Part shown: positions 1 to 7,924 of the stretch, piece by piece | How positions within the stretch are numbered: the first letter of the stretch is position 1 | How the letters are laid out: every line of letters starts with the position of its first letter | Source: Eubacteriales bacterium | Lineage (GTDB): Bacteria > Bacillota > Clostridia > Oscillospirales > CAG-272 | Assembly: GCA_045645175.1 (NCBI GenBank) | Contig: JAZRIH010000230.1 | Coordinates: 1-34,891 of the forward strand | Direction of reading: 5' to 3' | DNA: 34,891 bases | Notes under the pieces: generated by a model | What the model was told of the DNA's origin: nothing | Seen by the model: only the letters and a program-made list of their open reading frames with translations | The model's database searches: none | Program-made: the position numbers and the translations under genes

Positions 1-13
1 CAGAACGACATGG

Positions 14-517
14 CTACGATCCGACTTTGCCCACCATGCCTGCACCGATGAGTCCCACACGGATACCGAAATTGCCGGGATAAGCGGCGGCAACTTGCCG
101 TGACTTAGAAATCTCTCCTCGGCTGTACAGCGCAGACGAGCGAAAAAATCCCTTGGTAGCCAGTAAGATCTGGCTGACGGTGTATTCCGCCACGGGAATG
201 GCGTTGGCGGCGTATGCCGAACTGATTTTGACTCCGCACTCGAGAAAAGGAGCGGCAAATCCCTTCACCGAGCCTGCGGCGTAAAAGAGGGCACGAAGGT
301 TGGGAAAATAGCGCGCGATCTCCTCCTCCGAGAGCGCAGGCATCCCCCAAGTGCTGAAGAGACATTCCACATGGGCAGTTTCTACCAAGCCTTCCTTCAG
401 CATAGTATGCGTGATCACTTGAGGGGACAGTCCTACTTCTGTCATCAGGTGGTTGAGCGTTTGTTCAGAGTAGACCCGACCGATGGAATTCGGATCGCCA
501 ATCAAGATACTGTGCAT
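14..517 (-). CDS. D-isomer-specific 2-hydroxyacid dehydrogenase family protein, apparently truncated (167 aa, stops just after the NAD-binding GxGxxG)
   Basis: ATG at 517 has AGGAGAA 7 nt upstream. The translation ends ...RVGLIGAGMVGKVGS, followed by TAG at 14-16. Family members are normally about 310-330 aa, with the Rossmann domain continuing after GxGxxG. Only 13 nt remain before the window edge. Confidence 0.55.
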   Translation of the reverse strand: MHSILIGDPNSIGRVYSEQTLNHLMTEVGLSPQVITHTMLKEGLVETAHVECLFSTWGMPALSEEEIARYFPNLRALFYAAGSVKGFAAPFLECGVKISSAYAANAIPVAEYTVSQILLATKGFFRSSALYSRGEISKSRQVAAAYPGNFGIRVGLIGAGMVGKVGS

Positions 518-519
518 GA

Positions 520-1983
520 TTATTCTCCTGTTTTCATCAAGATCAGATTCACCGTTCCGGGCGCGAGGGTCAGCACATGAGATGCGGACTTGCGCTGGCT
601 GATCACCACTTCACGGTCCGGCGTATTAAAGGCATCAAAGGAATCGGCAGACAAGCTGATCCATTCCTTCGCCTCGTACCGGGAAGGCAGTTCTAACGTA
701 TACTCGCTATCCTGAGAGATGTTGGTTATAAACAGACAGATCGTGCCATCGTCACGCAGGCTGGCGGAGGCATCCAGTGCGCTCATCTGCCCTGCGAATT
801 CGGCATTGAATACAGGGGAATCCAGCTTGCAGTCGATCCGCTTGCCCGAAAGATGATCTCTATACAGCTTCATTACATGATAGACCGTCTGCACGTAAGA
901 TTGATCTCCTGCCGTCAGGATCGGTGCGAGGACGTTAACCATCTGTGCCAAATTGGTAATGGCAATATGGTCTGCGTAATGAACGAAGGTGTTCATCATA
1001 CAGGACACCCAAAGTGCATCCCGCCAGTTATAGACCATCTTTACACCGTAGCGGTTATCCTCGCCTCTGGGCGTGCTGTTCCAGATATTCCACTCATCGA
1101 TGCAGAGCTTGATGGCATCCTGTCTCTTTGGGAAACGGTACCATTTATTGAAAGGCTCGTTTCGATCGGAATAGTTTTTGACAAAGGGGATCAGCTTGTC
1201 CAGCATATGTCTGAAATGATACAGAGAGCCGAAGGGGCCGTACTGTCCGTGACCGCCTGAGTAATGATGGATAGAAAAATAGTCACAAACAGGACCCAGG
1301 GAGTCAAGGATCTGCTCGTTCCAGTCGGGGGCGCGCCCGTCGCCCACAAAAACCAGCTTGATGGTTGGATCCATCAGCTTCATGTACTTGGTAAATTCCC
1401 ATGCATCGGAAATATAGCGTTTGGGATCGTGCTGTGCGCCGAGATCGGGCACGGCATTGCTCTCGTTGCCGATGCACCAGTATTTGACGTTGAAGGGTTC
1501 GGGATAGCCGTGGGCAACACGCAGATCGGCATAATACGTGCCTGCTTCACCGTTGCAATATTCCACCCAATTGGCGGCTTCTTCGGCGCTGCCGCTTGCC
1601 ATATTGACACAAAGCATAGGTTCAGCGCCCAGCTTGCGGCAGTATTCGATAAACTCAGCCGTGCCGAATGCACCGTCGATGATACCGCCCCAGATGAGAT
1701 TTCTTCGCTTTTTGCGCTCACTGAGCGGACCGATGGAGTCCATCCAGTGGAAGATATTGACGTAAGTACCGCCGGGCCAACGCAGGATAGTGGGGCGCAG
1801 ACCTTTGGCTTTTTCCAGTACATCCTGACGAATGCCCTTTTCATCGGAGGAAGGGCTGTTCGGGTCGTAGACGCCACCCACGATGCAATTTTCGATAAAT
1901 TCAATGAAGTGCCCGAAAATCAGAGGACTGATCTCGGTTTGGGCAGTCTCAAGCGCGAGCTTGATGATCTGATTAGCTGACAT
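520..1983 (-). CDS. abfA: GH51 alpha-L-arabinofuranosidase, cytoplasmic
   Basis: 487-aa ORF with family-typical blocks FGHFIEF, ILRWPGG, KYWCIGNE (acid/base Glu region) and CIDEWNIW (nucleophile Glu region). No signal peptide. The stop at 520-522 is 2 nt from the next ATG. Confidence 0.85.
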   Translation of the reverse strand: MSANQIIKLALETAQTEISPLIFGHFIEFIENCIVGGVYDPNSPSSDEKGIRQDVLEKAKGLRPTILRWPGGTYVNIFHWMDSIGPLSERKKRRNLIWGGIIDGAFGTAEFIEYCRKLGAEPMLCVNMASGSAEEAANWVEYCNGEAGTYYADLRVAHGYPEPFNVKYWCIGNESNAVPDLGAQHDPKRYISDAWEFTKYMKLMDPTIKLVFVGDGRAPDWNEQILDSLGPVCDYFSIHHYSGGHGQYGPFGSLYHFRHMLDKLIPFVKNYSDRNEPFNKWYRFPKRQDAIKLCIDEWNIWNSTPRGEDNRYGVKMVYNWRDALWVSCMMNTFVHYADHIAITNLAQMVNVLAPILTAGDQSYVQTVYHVMKLYRDHLSGKRIDCKLDSPVFNAEFAGQMSALDASASLRDDGTICLFITNISQDSEYTLELPSRYEAKEWISLSADSFDAFNTPDREVVISQRKSASHVLTLAPGTVNLILMKTGE

Positions 1984-2173
1984 TGCCGATTCTCCTTTAC
2001 AAATGCATGGGTTCGATAGTTCTTCAAACGCTTATTGGTTTTATTGGAAGCCTCAAGAGTAGGGACAACTTAATCAGTATACTTGTGAAGACAGATGACC
2101 TGCACCTTACCGCTGATCTGCATTTCTGCCGGATCGGCGAATGAAGTCTGCCTCTTTCAGATTGGTGACTTCC

Positions 2174-2800
2174 TTACTGACCGAACAATCGGTCTTCTAC
2201 CGAAGCACACAGATAGTGGTATACGGGCAAATGCAGTTCTTGAATCTTGTAAGTTTCGATTTCAGGCACTTTTACGGTGCAATCGCACAACGCAGACAGC
2301 TTGCTGTCTTTCGCACCCGTAAGAGCCAAGGTTTTCGCCCCCATAGCTTTGGCGACCTTGGCGGCAGCAACCACATTCGCAGAATTGCCCGATGTGGAGA
2401 GCGCGATCAGAAGATCCTCCTTGCGGGCATATCCAAACACTAACTGCGCGTACACCAGCTCAGCATCTACATCATTGGCAAATGCCGACAAAACCGCACT
2501 TTGCGCAGGTATGGAGATGGCAGGAATGCCCTGCTGCAGTGTTTCAATCAATCGATCTGCCTCGTCTGTCAAAGTGTCTTTGAAACGCTTGGCGGTTTCA
2601 TCATCCATTCTTCGCTTCAAAAGAAAACCCTTCATCAGCTCGCCTACCATATGATCGGAGTCGGCACAAGATCCGCCGTTTCCGCAGACCAGTATTTTTC
2701 CGCCTGCATGATAGGTATCGAGCATCATTTTTTCTGCCGTGAGGATATCTCCCCTACAGTCTTTTAGTTGTGGGTATCTGCTCAAAAGACTGTTAAGCAT
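2174..2800 (-). CDS. SIS-domain sugar-phosphate isomerase, GmhA (phosphoheptose isomerase)-like
   Basis: Blocks ILVCGNGGSCADSDHMVGEL and LIALSTSGNS are typical of GmhA/SIS proteins. I moved the start to ATG 2800 (MLNSLL...) because AGGAGG lies 8 nt upstream. This start overlaps the ROK stop (ATGCTTAA). Confidence 0.75.
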   Translation of the reverse strand: MLNSLLSRYPQLKDCRGDILTAEKMMLDTYHAGGKILVCGNGGSCADSDHMVGELMKGFLLKRRMDDETAKRFKDTLTDEADRLIETLQQGIPAISIPAQSAVLSAFANDVDAELVYAQLVFGYARKEDLLIALSTSGNSANVVAAAKVAKAMGAKTLALTGAKDSKLSALCDCTVKVPEIETYKIQELHLPVYHYLCASVEDRLFGQ

Positions 2801-3728
2801 TTGAACTTCCTCCTTCAAAGGCAACGGCAAGCGCCGCAAAGTCACCAATACTCTCCCCCAACAATGCAGGAAGAACGCGGCAAACCGATCTTGCGGTACT
2901 CAGCGCTTCGACAGATAATACCCTTTCCATATGCGGACGAATCAGGTCTTCGGCGCGTGTAAATATACTGCCGATCACGATTGCCTCAGGATTCAGAAGG
3001 TCAACCAGTATGGCAAGGCTTCTTCCCAGCATTTCACCACAGATTCTGTATGTCTCAAGCCCTACCTCATCGCCTTGATGTGCGAAATCAGCAAGCACTT
3101 TGGCGTTTATGGTGTCCAGATCGGATATGCTTTTACAATAAGGAAGTGTCTTGCCGCATTGGAGCTGCTCCATCGCCAATGTCCGTCCGATTTGTGCAAT
3201 ACCACCGCCACTGCAAAAGCCCTCCACAGACCCCTGCTTTCCATAGCCAACAGGACCATACTCTGCAAGTCTGATATGACCGATTTCGCCTGCCATACCG
3301 TTAGTGCCATTATACAGCCTTCCGTCCAGAATGATCCCTGCACCAAAGCCTGTACCAAAGGTGAGGAATATCATATTTTTCGTTCCTTTTCCCGCACCGT
3401 ATTTCCATTCAGCCAAAGCGCAAGCGTTGGCATCGTTACACAGGTATGCAGGGATGTGAAATCTTTCTTCGAGAATATGGGTAATGGGTATGTTATCCCA
3501 TCCAACCAGATTGGGCGGTGACAAGATCACTCCTTTTTCAGCGTCCAGAGGACCGCCACAGCTGATCCCGATAGCATCCCCTTCTCCGATCTCCGAAACG
3601 GCTTTTATGATTCTCTCCAAAGTTTCTTCACAGGTGGTGGTATCAAATCTGATCTTTTTTTCAATATGCGTGTCATCACCAAGGACAACAGCGCATTTAG
3701 TTCCACCTATATCAATTCCAATTTTCAT
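2793..3728 (-). CDS. ROK-family sugar kinase
   Basis: MKIGIDIGGTKCAVV is the N-terminal ASKHA phosphate-1 motif, and CNDANACALAEW is a ROK block. I moved the start to ATG 3728 because the longer ORF-track N-terminus lies inside the GH38 gene. This start overlaps the GH38 3' end by 17 nt. Confidence 0.8.
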   Translation of the reverse strand: MKIGIDIGGTKCAVVLGDDTHIEKKIRFDTTTCEETLERIIKAVSEIGEGDAIGISCGGPLDAEKGVILSPPNLVGWDNIPITHILEERFHIPAYLCNDANACALAEWKYGAGKGTKNMIFLTFGTGFGAGIILDGRLYNGTNGMAGEIGHIRLAEYGPVGYGKQGSVEGFCSGGGIAQIGRTLAMEQLQCGKTLPYCKSISDLDTINAKVLADFAHQGDEVGLETYRICGEMLGRSLAILVDLLNPEAIVIGSIFTRAEDLIRPHMERVLSVEALSTARSVCRVLPALLGESIGDFAALAVAFEGGSSNA

Positions 3729-6141
3729 ATAAACTATTATACTCAGTAATGAGAACTTCTTTCCATGTATTTGTTTCGTATGAATAGTAGTAGGTGTTGA
3801 TACTGTACGCACCGAAGGTAGCATGCAACGGTGCAGGAAGAATACCACCCGAAAGCTCTGCATCGGTAGCGACACCATCGGTCTCGTATGCTCGGATTAC
3901 GATACCCTTTTGATCCTCGGATACTTTCAGCGCAGAGACCACAATGTTTTCCCGATTGCATACGAAACCGCAAAATTTCCGAGAGAGCGTACCCTTATGG
4001 TTATTTTCCATAATGTTGGTCATGGACAGATTGAGCTTCTTACCCTCCTTGATCACCTCGCTCCATCCGTTTTGGCGAATGGGCATGAGAGAATAAGCGA
4101 ACTCGTGACAGCCCTGATCGGTAAACTCGCATTCTTCGTCCCGCTCTCTGCCGTGATCGCCATACAGCGGACTGCGTACAACCGTCAGATTCATAACATT
4201 GTTCTTCACCGAGAAACTGTATTTATTATTGTTAAGCATAGCCAAGCCGAGATCGTCCTCTCTGAGAGCAATCCAGTTCAATCCGGGTTCTTCCTCACCA
4301 TCGGCAGGACGGCTGATCACGCCGAATGGGATCTCATAATAGGCAGGGGAATTGCCAAATACGGTTCCGTACGCCAGTTTCAACAACTTGTGCTGTTCGT
4401 GCCAATCGATAGTTGCCTTCACGTCGATTGTCTTGCTGCCTTTGCGCAGACTGAAATACTGGGTAAGTGTAGAGCTGTTATATCGGCTCACTACCTTCAT
4501 GGTAACACGAATCGGACCTCGTTCGATGATCTTAAATTGGGCATCTGCAAATTTCCCCACTTCTCTGTCGAAGAAGTTGAGGGCATGGGACCAAGTATCG
4601 TGCTTGTATTCATCGTAGACTGTGGGCACCGCCCCCAATCCGTTGATCAGCTCGCGCGCACTGACTTTGTCATAGATTGACTTGATATAACCCGTATGCT
4701 GTTCAAATTCCACTCGAAAGGACTCGTTTTCCATAACGGTACCGTGGATCAACAACGCATTTTCGGTCTTAGGGGCGAGCTCCCCTTCCGCTGCGGGCTT
4801 TATATAGTAGGTTGTATATCCCATCGCGGGAACTTTGGCGACGAACGCGGTGTCTGATCTTCCATAACAGCAGAGAGTCTGGGAGCGAACATACTGGATC
4901 TCAACATCCTTCCCCTCCCCATCTACTATTCTGTCCGCCTGCTTGTTTATAGTGATCAGGTCCTCCACATCAAAGCTGTGGGGATTAAAGACCACAATAG
5001 GAAGTCCCCTTTCTGCGTCAGAAGTGTCAATCGCCCAAGAAAGAGTTTGAAGCGCGTTATTCTCGGTCTTCATAGCAAAGGACATACTTTCTCCCAGCAT
5101 ATACTTTGCATCGGTATACGCATCCTTAATGGAACAACCGCCCATAATATCGTGGAAATGACAGAACAGTATATTCTTCCACGCGTTTTTGAATGCATCG
5201 GGGCGATACGGCTTGTTCAGTATGCGGTTTGCCATGACGCCGAACACCTCGGCAGAGTACATAGCATTTTCGCTTCTTCGAATGGCGTTCTTGATTTCCG
5301 ATACTGCCGAATAGCATCCGCTTGCGTGGTGCTGCAGATCGTCGTCATGCACGGGACACAAATCGGAAAATGGTTCAACATGATCGAAGAAGTCCTCCAG
5401 ATCAGAAAAGATGACTTCCTTATCGGGGTACTTATCACGGAATTCAAGCACGGTTTCTATATTTCTCTTGGTAGGGCCGCCGCCGTGGTTGCCCACACCG
5501 TAGAAGAACAGCATGGAGTCGGTCTCGTTTTGTACCGCATTCTCCACTCTCTCCAGCTTCGCTTCCAGATCCTCAATGCCCCTCAGATTGGAAGTGTACT
5601 CGCCCATAATTCTCCATGCCAGCACCTGTGAGCCGTCGGCAGACTGCCATTTGAACAGTTCGTTTGGCATGGTCTTTTCGTGAGGCTGCGGGCGCATGAA
5701 CACATATCTGTCCATACCCGATTTTCTGAGGATCTGAGGGAGCATTCCATTGTGTCCAAACGAGTCCACATTGTAGCCTACCCGCGCGGTCTTTCCGAAG
5801 TTTTCTTTGAAAAATCTCTGGGCGTACAGACTATGTCTTGCAAAGCTTTCACCTGACGGATTGTTGCAATCGGGCTGAATATACCAACCGCCAACTATGG
5901 AAAATCTTCCCTCATTTACCCGTTCCTTAATCTCCTCAAACATAAGGGGATCAAATTCCTGGATCCATTCAAAAATAGCCGAAGCAGAACAAACGAATTT
6001 GAATTCGGGGTATTCCTTCATTCTGTCCAGCGCACTGCGAATGGTTGCCTTGGCTTCTGCTGAGCCTTCCTGCCAACGCCACATCCATACGGGATCAAGG
6101 TGCGCATTTCCTATAAAATAGATCTTCTTTTTGCTACTCAT
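3712..6141 (-). CDS. GH38 alpha-mannosidase, cytoplasmic
   Basis: 809-aa ORF with N-terminal IGNAHLDPVWMWRW and YGVGNHGGGP blocks characteristic of GH38. GGAGGAA lies 7 nt upstream of the ATG. No signal peptide. Confidence 0.85.
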   Translation of the reverse strand: MSSKKKIYFIGNAHLDPVWMWRWQEGSAEAKATIRSALDRMKEYPEFKFVCSASAIFEWIQEFDPLMFEEIKERVNEGRFSIVGGWYIQPDCNNPSGESFARHSLYAQRFFKENFGKTARVGYNVDSFGHNGMLPQILRKSGMDRYVFMRPQPHEKTMPNELFKWQSADGSQVLAWRIMGEYTSNLRGIEDLEAKLERVENAVQNETDSMLFFYGVGNHGGGPTKRNIETVLEFRDKYPDKEVIFSDLEDFFDHVEPFSDLCPVHDDDLQHHASGCYSAVSEIKNAIRRSENAMYSAEVFGVMANRILNKPYRPDAFKNAWKNILFCHFHDIMGGCSIKDAYTDAKYMLGESMSFAMKTENNALQTLSWAIDTSDAERGLPIVVFNPHSFDVEDLITINKQADRIVDGEGKDVEIQYVRSQTLCCYGRSDTAFVAKVPAMGYTTYYIKPAAEGELAPKTENALLIHGTVMENESFRVEFEQHTGYIKSIYDKVSARELINGLGAVPTVYDEYKHDTWSHALNFFDREVGKFADAQFKIIERGPIRVTMKVVSRYNSSTLTQYFSLRKGSKTIDVKATIDWHEQHKLLKLAYGTVFGNSPAYYEIPFGVISRPADGEEEPGLNWIALREDDLGLAMLNNNKYSFSVKNNVMNLTVVRSPLYGDHGRERDEECEFTDQGCHEFAYSLMPIRQNGWSEVIKEGKKLNLSMTNIMENNHKGTLSRKFCGFVCNRENIVVSALKVSEDQKGIVIRAYETDGVATDAELSGGILPAPLHATFGAYSINTYYYSYETNTWKEVLITEYNSLYENWN

Positions 6142-6230
6142 AGTCGTTTCCTCCGTGGTTTATAATTGGGATAACCTCGCGCCGATGAGCATATTGCCCA
6201 AAAAATCAAACACAATCACAATTGAATTAT

Positions 6231-6259
6231 ATTATATCACAATTTCAAATGCTTTTCAA
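6231..6259 (-). promoter_or_regulatory. sigma-A type promoter for the GH38-ROK-SIS transcription unit
   Basis: On the minus strand: TTGAAA, a 17-nt spacer, then TGaTATAAT (extended -10). It lies about 90 nt upstream of ATG 6141. Confidence 0.6.
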
Positions 6260-6316
6260 CCTATATGTCCGAAAATTCGGTTACAAGGTGAGAATATTTG
6301 TTTTGACTGAAAATCG

Positions 6317-6352
6317 CAACAAACGGATCAGCGAACGCTGATCCGTTTGTTG
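6317..6352 (-). terminator. intrinsic terminator after the GH43 gene
   Basis: Perfect 17-bp stem CAACAAACGGATCAGCG / CGCTGATCCGTTTGTTG with a 2-nt loop. On the minus strand it is followed by GCGATTTTC. Confidence 0.7.
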
Positions 6353-6481
6353 TTCTAAGTAAAAACTCAAAGACTGATTACCTTTCTCTCATTCTTTCTA
6401 TGATCCACAGAGTGAATCCGCAAGCTTTCATTCTGTGGTCAAGTATGCGTGACAGGCAAAGGCGGGACGCCCCATTACAGT

Positions 6482-7879
6482 TTACATTTTCATGTATCCA
6501 AACACGCTGAAATCAACCACGCCGGGGGTAATGCCTTCGGGGGATTTCGTGATTTTCAGCGTCACTTCGCTCACGCCATCGGTTTCGGGGAGCTCAATAT
6601 AGTCGATGATCATATCGTCGGTGTTATCACTCATATCCGCCAACACAACGGCACCGTCCTTGGTTTTGCCTTCAATGACATATCCGTATGCACCGGGATG
6701 GATCCCTGCGCGGGGATCGAGTCCCACATCGTTCCAGATCACACGTGCACTTCTTACCGTGTACGTATCGGTGAGATTTACGGTGAGCGCAGGAGAAGGA
6801 TCGGAATCTGCGGGCTGCCACCAGGTCATCAGATTGTGGTCAAGGGCATAGACGGCACTTCTGCCGGGAGCCTCAGAGGTTACCTTTCTGGGCATGAAGG
6901 CGGTCAGACAAACATCTCCGGTTCCGTTTCCGTCTTCGGGATTGGTGATTAGTCCGGGTGCCATTTGAGGCATCTCGGTTGCCTTGATGCAATACAGATC
7001 ACCGTTTTCATCGATGCCGATGGGATCTACTCCCACTCTGCGCTCAAACATATCGTGATAGGCTACCATGCAGGTATAGAATGCCCATCGGGTGTTGTTG
7101 GGTCCCTTTACCACACAGCCATGTCCCGTTCCGCGGATCATTCCCTCTCTCTGGAGCAAGAAGGGATTACGCTGTGCATACACAAAGCCCTCCAGCGGTT
7201 TGTCGCTTTTGTAAACGCCCAATCCGTATGTAGGAAATTCGGTATTGGGAGCCGCATAGATCAGATAATAGGTACCGTTTTCTTTGTACATCCACGCACC
7301 TTCGGTCCAGGATACACGCTTGTTTTGGTTGAATGCGCCGCCGCCCTCCCATTCATGGGAGGTGTCGGTATAGAACAACTTTTTCGCTTCGGTTTTCGCT
7401 TGGGTCAGATCGTTTGCATCCAGCTCAACGCCGAAAATTCCGCCGCTTCCGCATCCCCAGTACAGATAGACTCTGTCGTCATCATCGGCAAAGAGCATAG
7501 GATCCCACGCAAGGAATTCTTCGCCTGAAGGTTTGCGGAAATGTCCCAGGCATTCGAAGGGACCAAGGGGAGAATCGGACACATACAGCTCCATATTGGA
7601 AGCGTGCAAATAAAATTTCCCTTTGAACTCCAGTACGGTAGGCGCCCAATAGCGAACCATGGATGCAGGTTCCAGAGGCGAGTAGTGCCAATTAATCAGA
7701 TCCTCCGACCAATATGCCATTCCGCAGGAGGGATACAGATACCATTTGCCGTCATGATAGATAGCAGACGGGTCAGCCAGCTCCCGATACCCGTTGCCTG
7801 CGGGACCGTTGGTGTCCTGCAAAACGGGATAATCGGGAAGCGGCAAAGGATTGCAGTAGGAATACTTATTGTTTCTCAT
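6482..7879 (-). CDS. GH43 glycoside hydrolase with a C-terminal F5/8 type C (discoidin/CBM32-like) domain
   Basis: ADPSAIYHDGKWYLYPS and the repeated five-bladed propeller pattern are typical of GH43. The C-terminal ~150 aa (ALDHNLMTWWQP...) is discoidin-like. I set the start at ATG 7879 (MRNNK) because GGAGG lies 5 nt upstream; the ORF-track start is a TTG 12 nt further up. Confidence 0.8.
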   Translation of the reverse strand: MRNNKYSYCNPLPLPDYPVLQDTNGPAGNGYRELADPSAIYHDGKWYLYPSCGMAYWSEDLINWHYSPLEPASMVRYWAPTVLEFKGKFYLHASNMELYVSDSPLGPFECLGHFRKPSGEEFLAWDPMLFADDDDRVYLYWGCGSGGIFGVELDANDLTQAKTEAKKLFYTDTSHEWEGGGAFNQNKRVSWTEGAWMYKENGTYYLIYAAPNTEFPTYGLGVYKSDKPLEGFVYAQRNPFLLQREGMIRGTGHGCVVKGPNNTRWAFYTCMVAYHDMFERRVGVDPIGIDENGDLYCIKATEMPQMAPGLITNPEDGNGTGDVCLTAFMPRKVTSEAPGRSAVYALDHNLMTWWQPADSDPSPALTVNLTDTYTVRSARVIWNDVGLDPRAGIHPGAYGYVIEGKTKDGAVVLADMSDNTDDMIIDYIELPETDGVSEVTLKITKSPEGITPGVVDFSVFGYMKM

Positions 7880-7924
7880 AGTTGCCTCCAAATTTTTATA
7901 AAAAAGGATGATTTATAGTGAGTT

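Noticed and set aside
2793-3878. The ORF track gives long N-terminal extensions for several genes: ROK 361 aa, SIS 224 aa, GH2 955 aa, AraC 352 aa, Maa 216 aa and OppD/F.
   Set aside because: The extensions overlap upstream genes or promoters and lack SD sites. Internal ATGs with SD sites give canonical family N-termini such as MKIGIDIGGT, so I shortened these calls.
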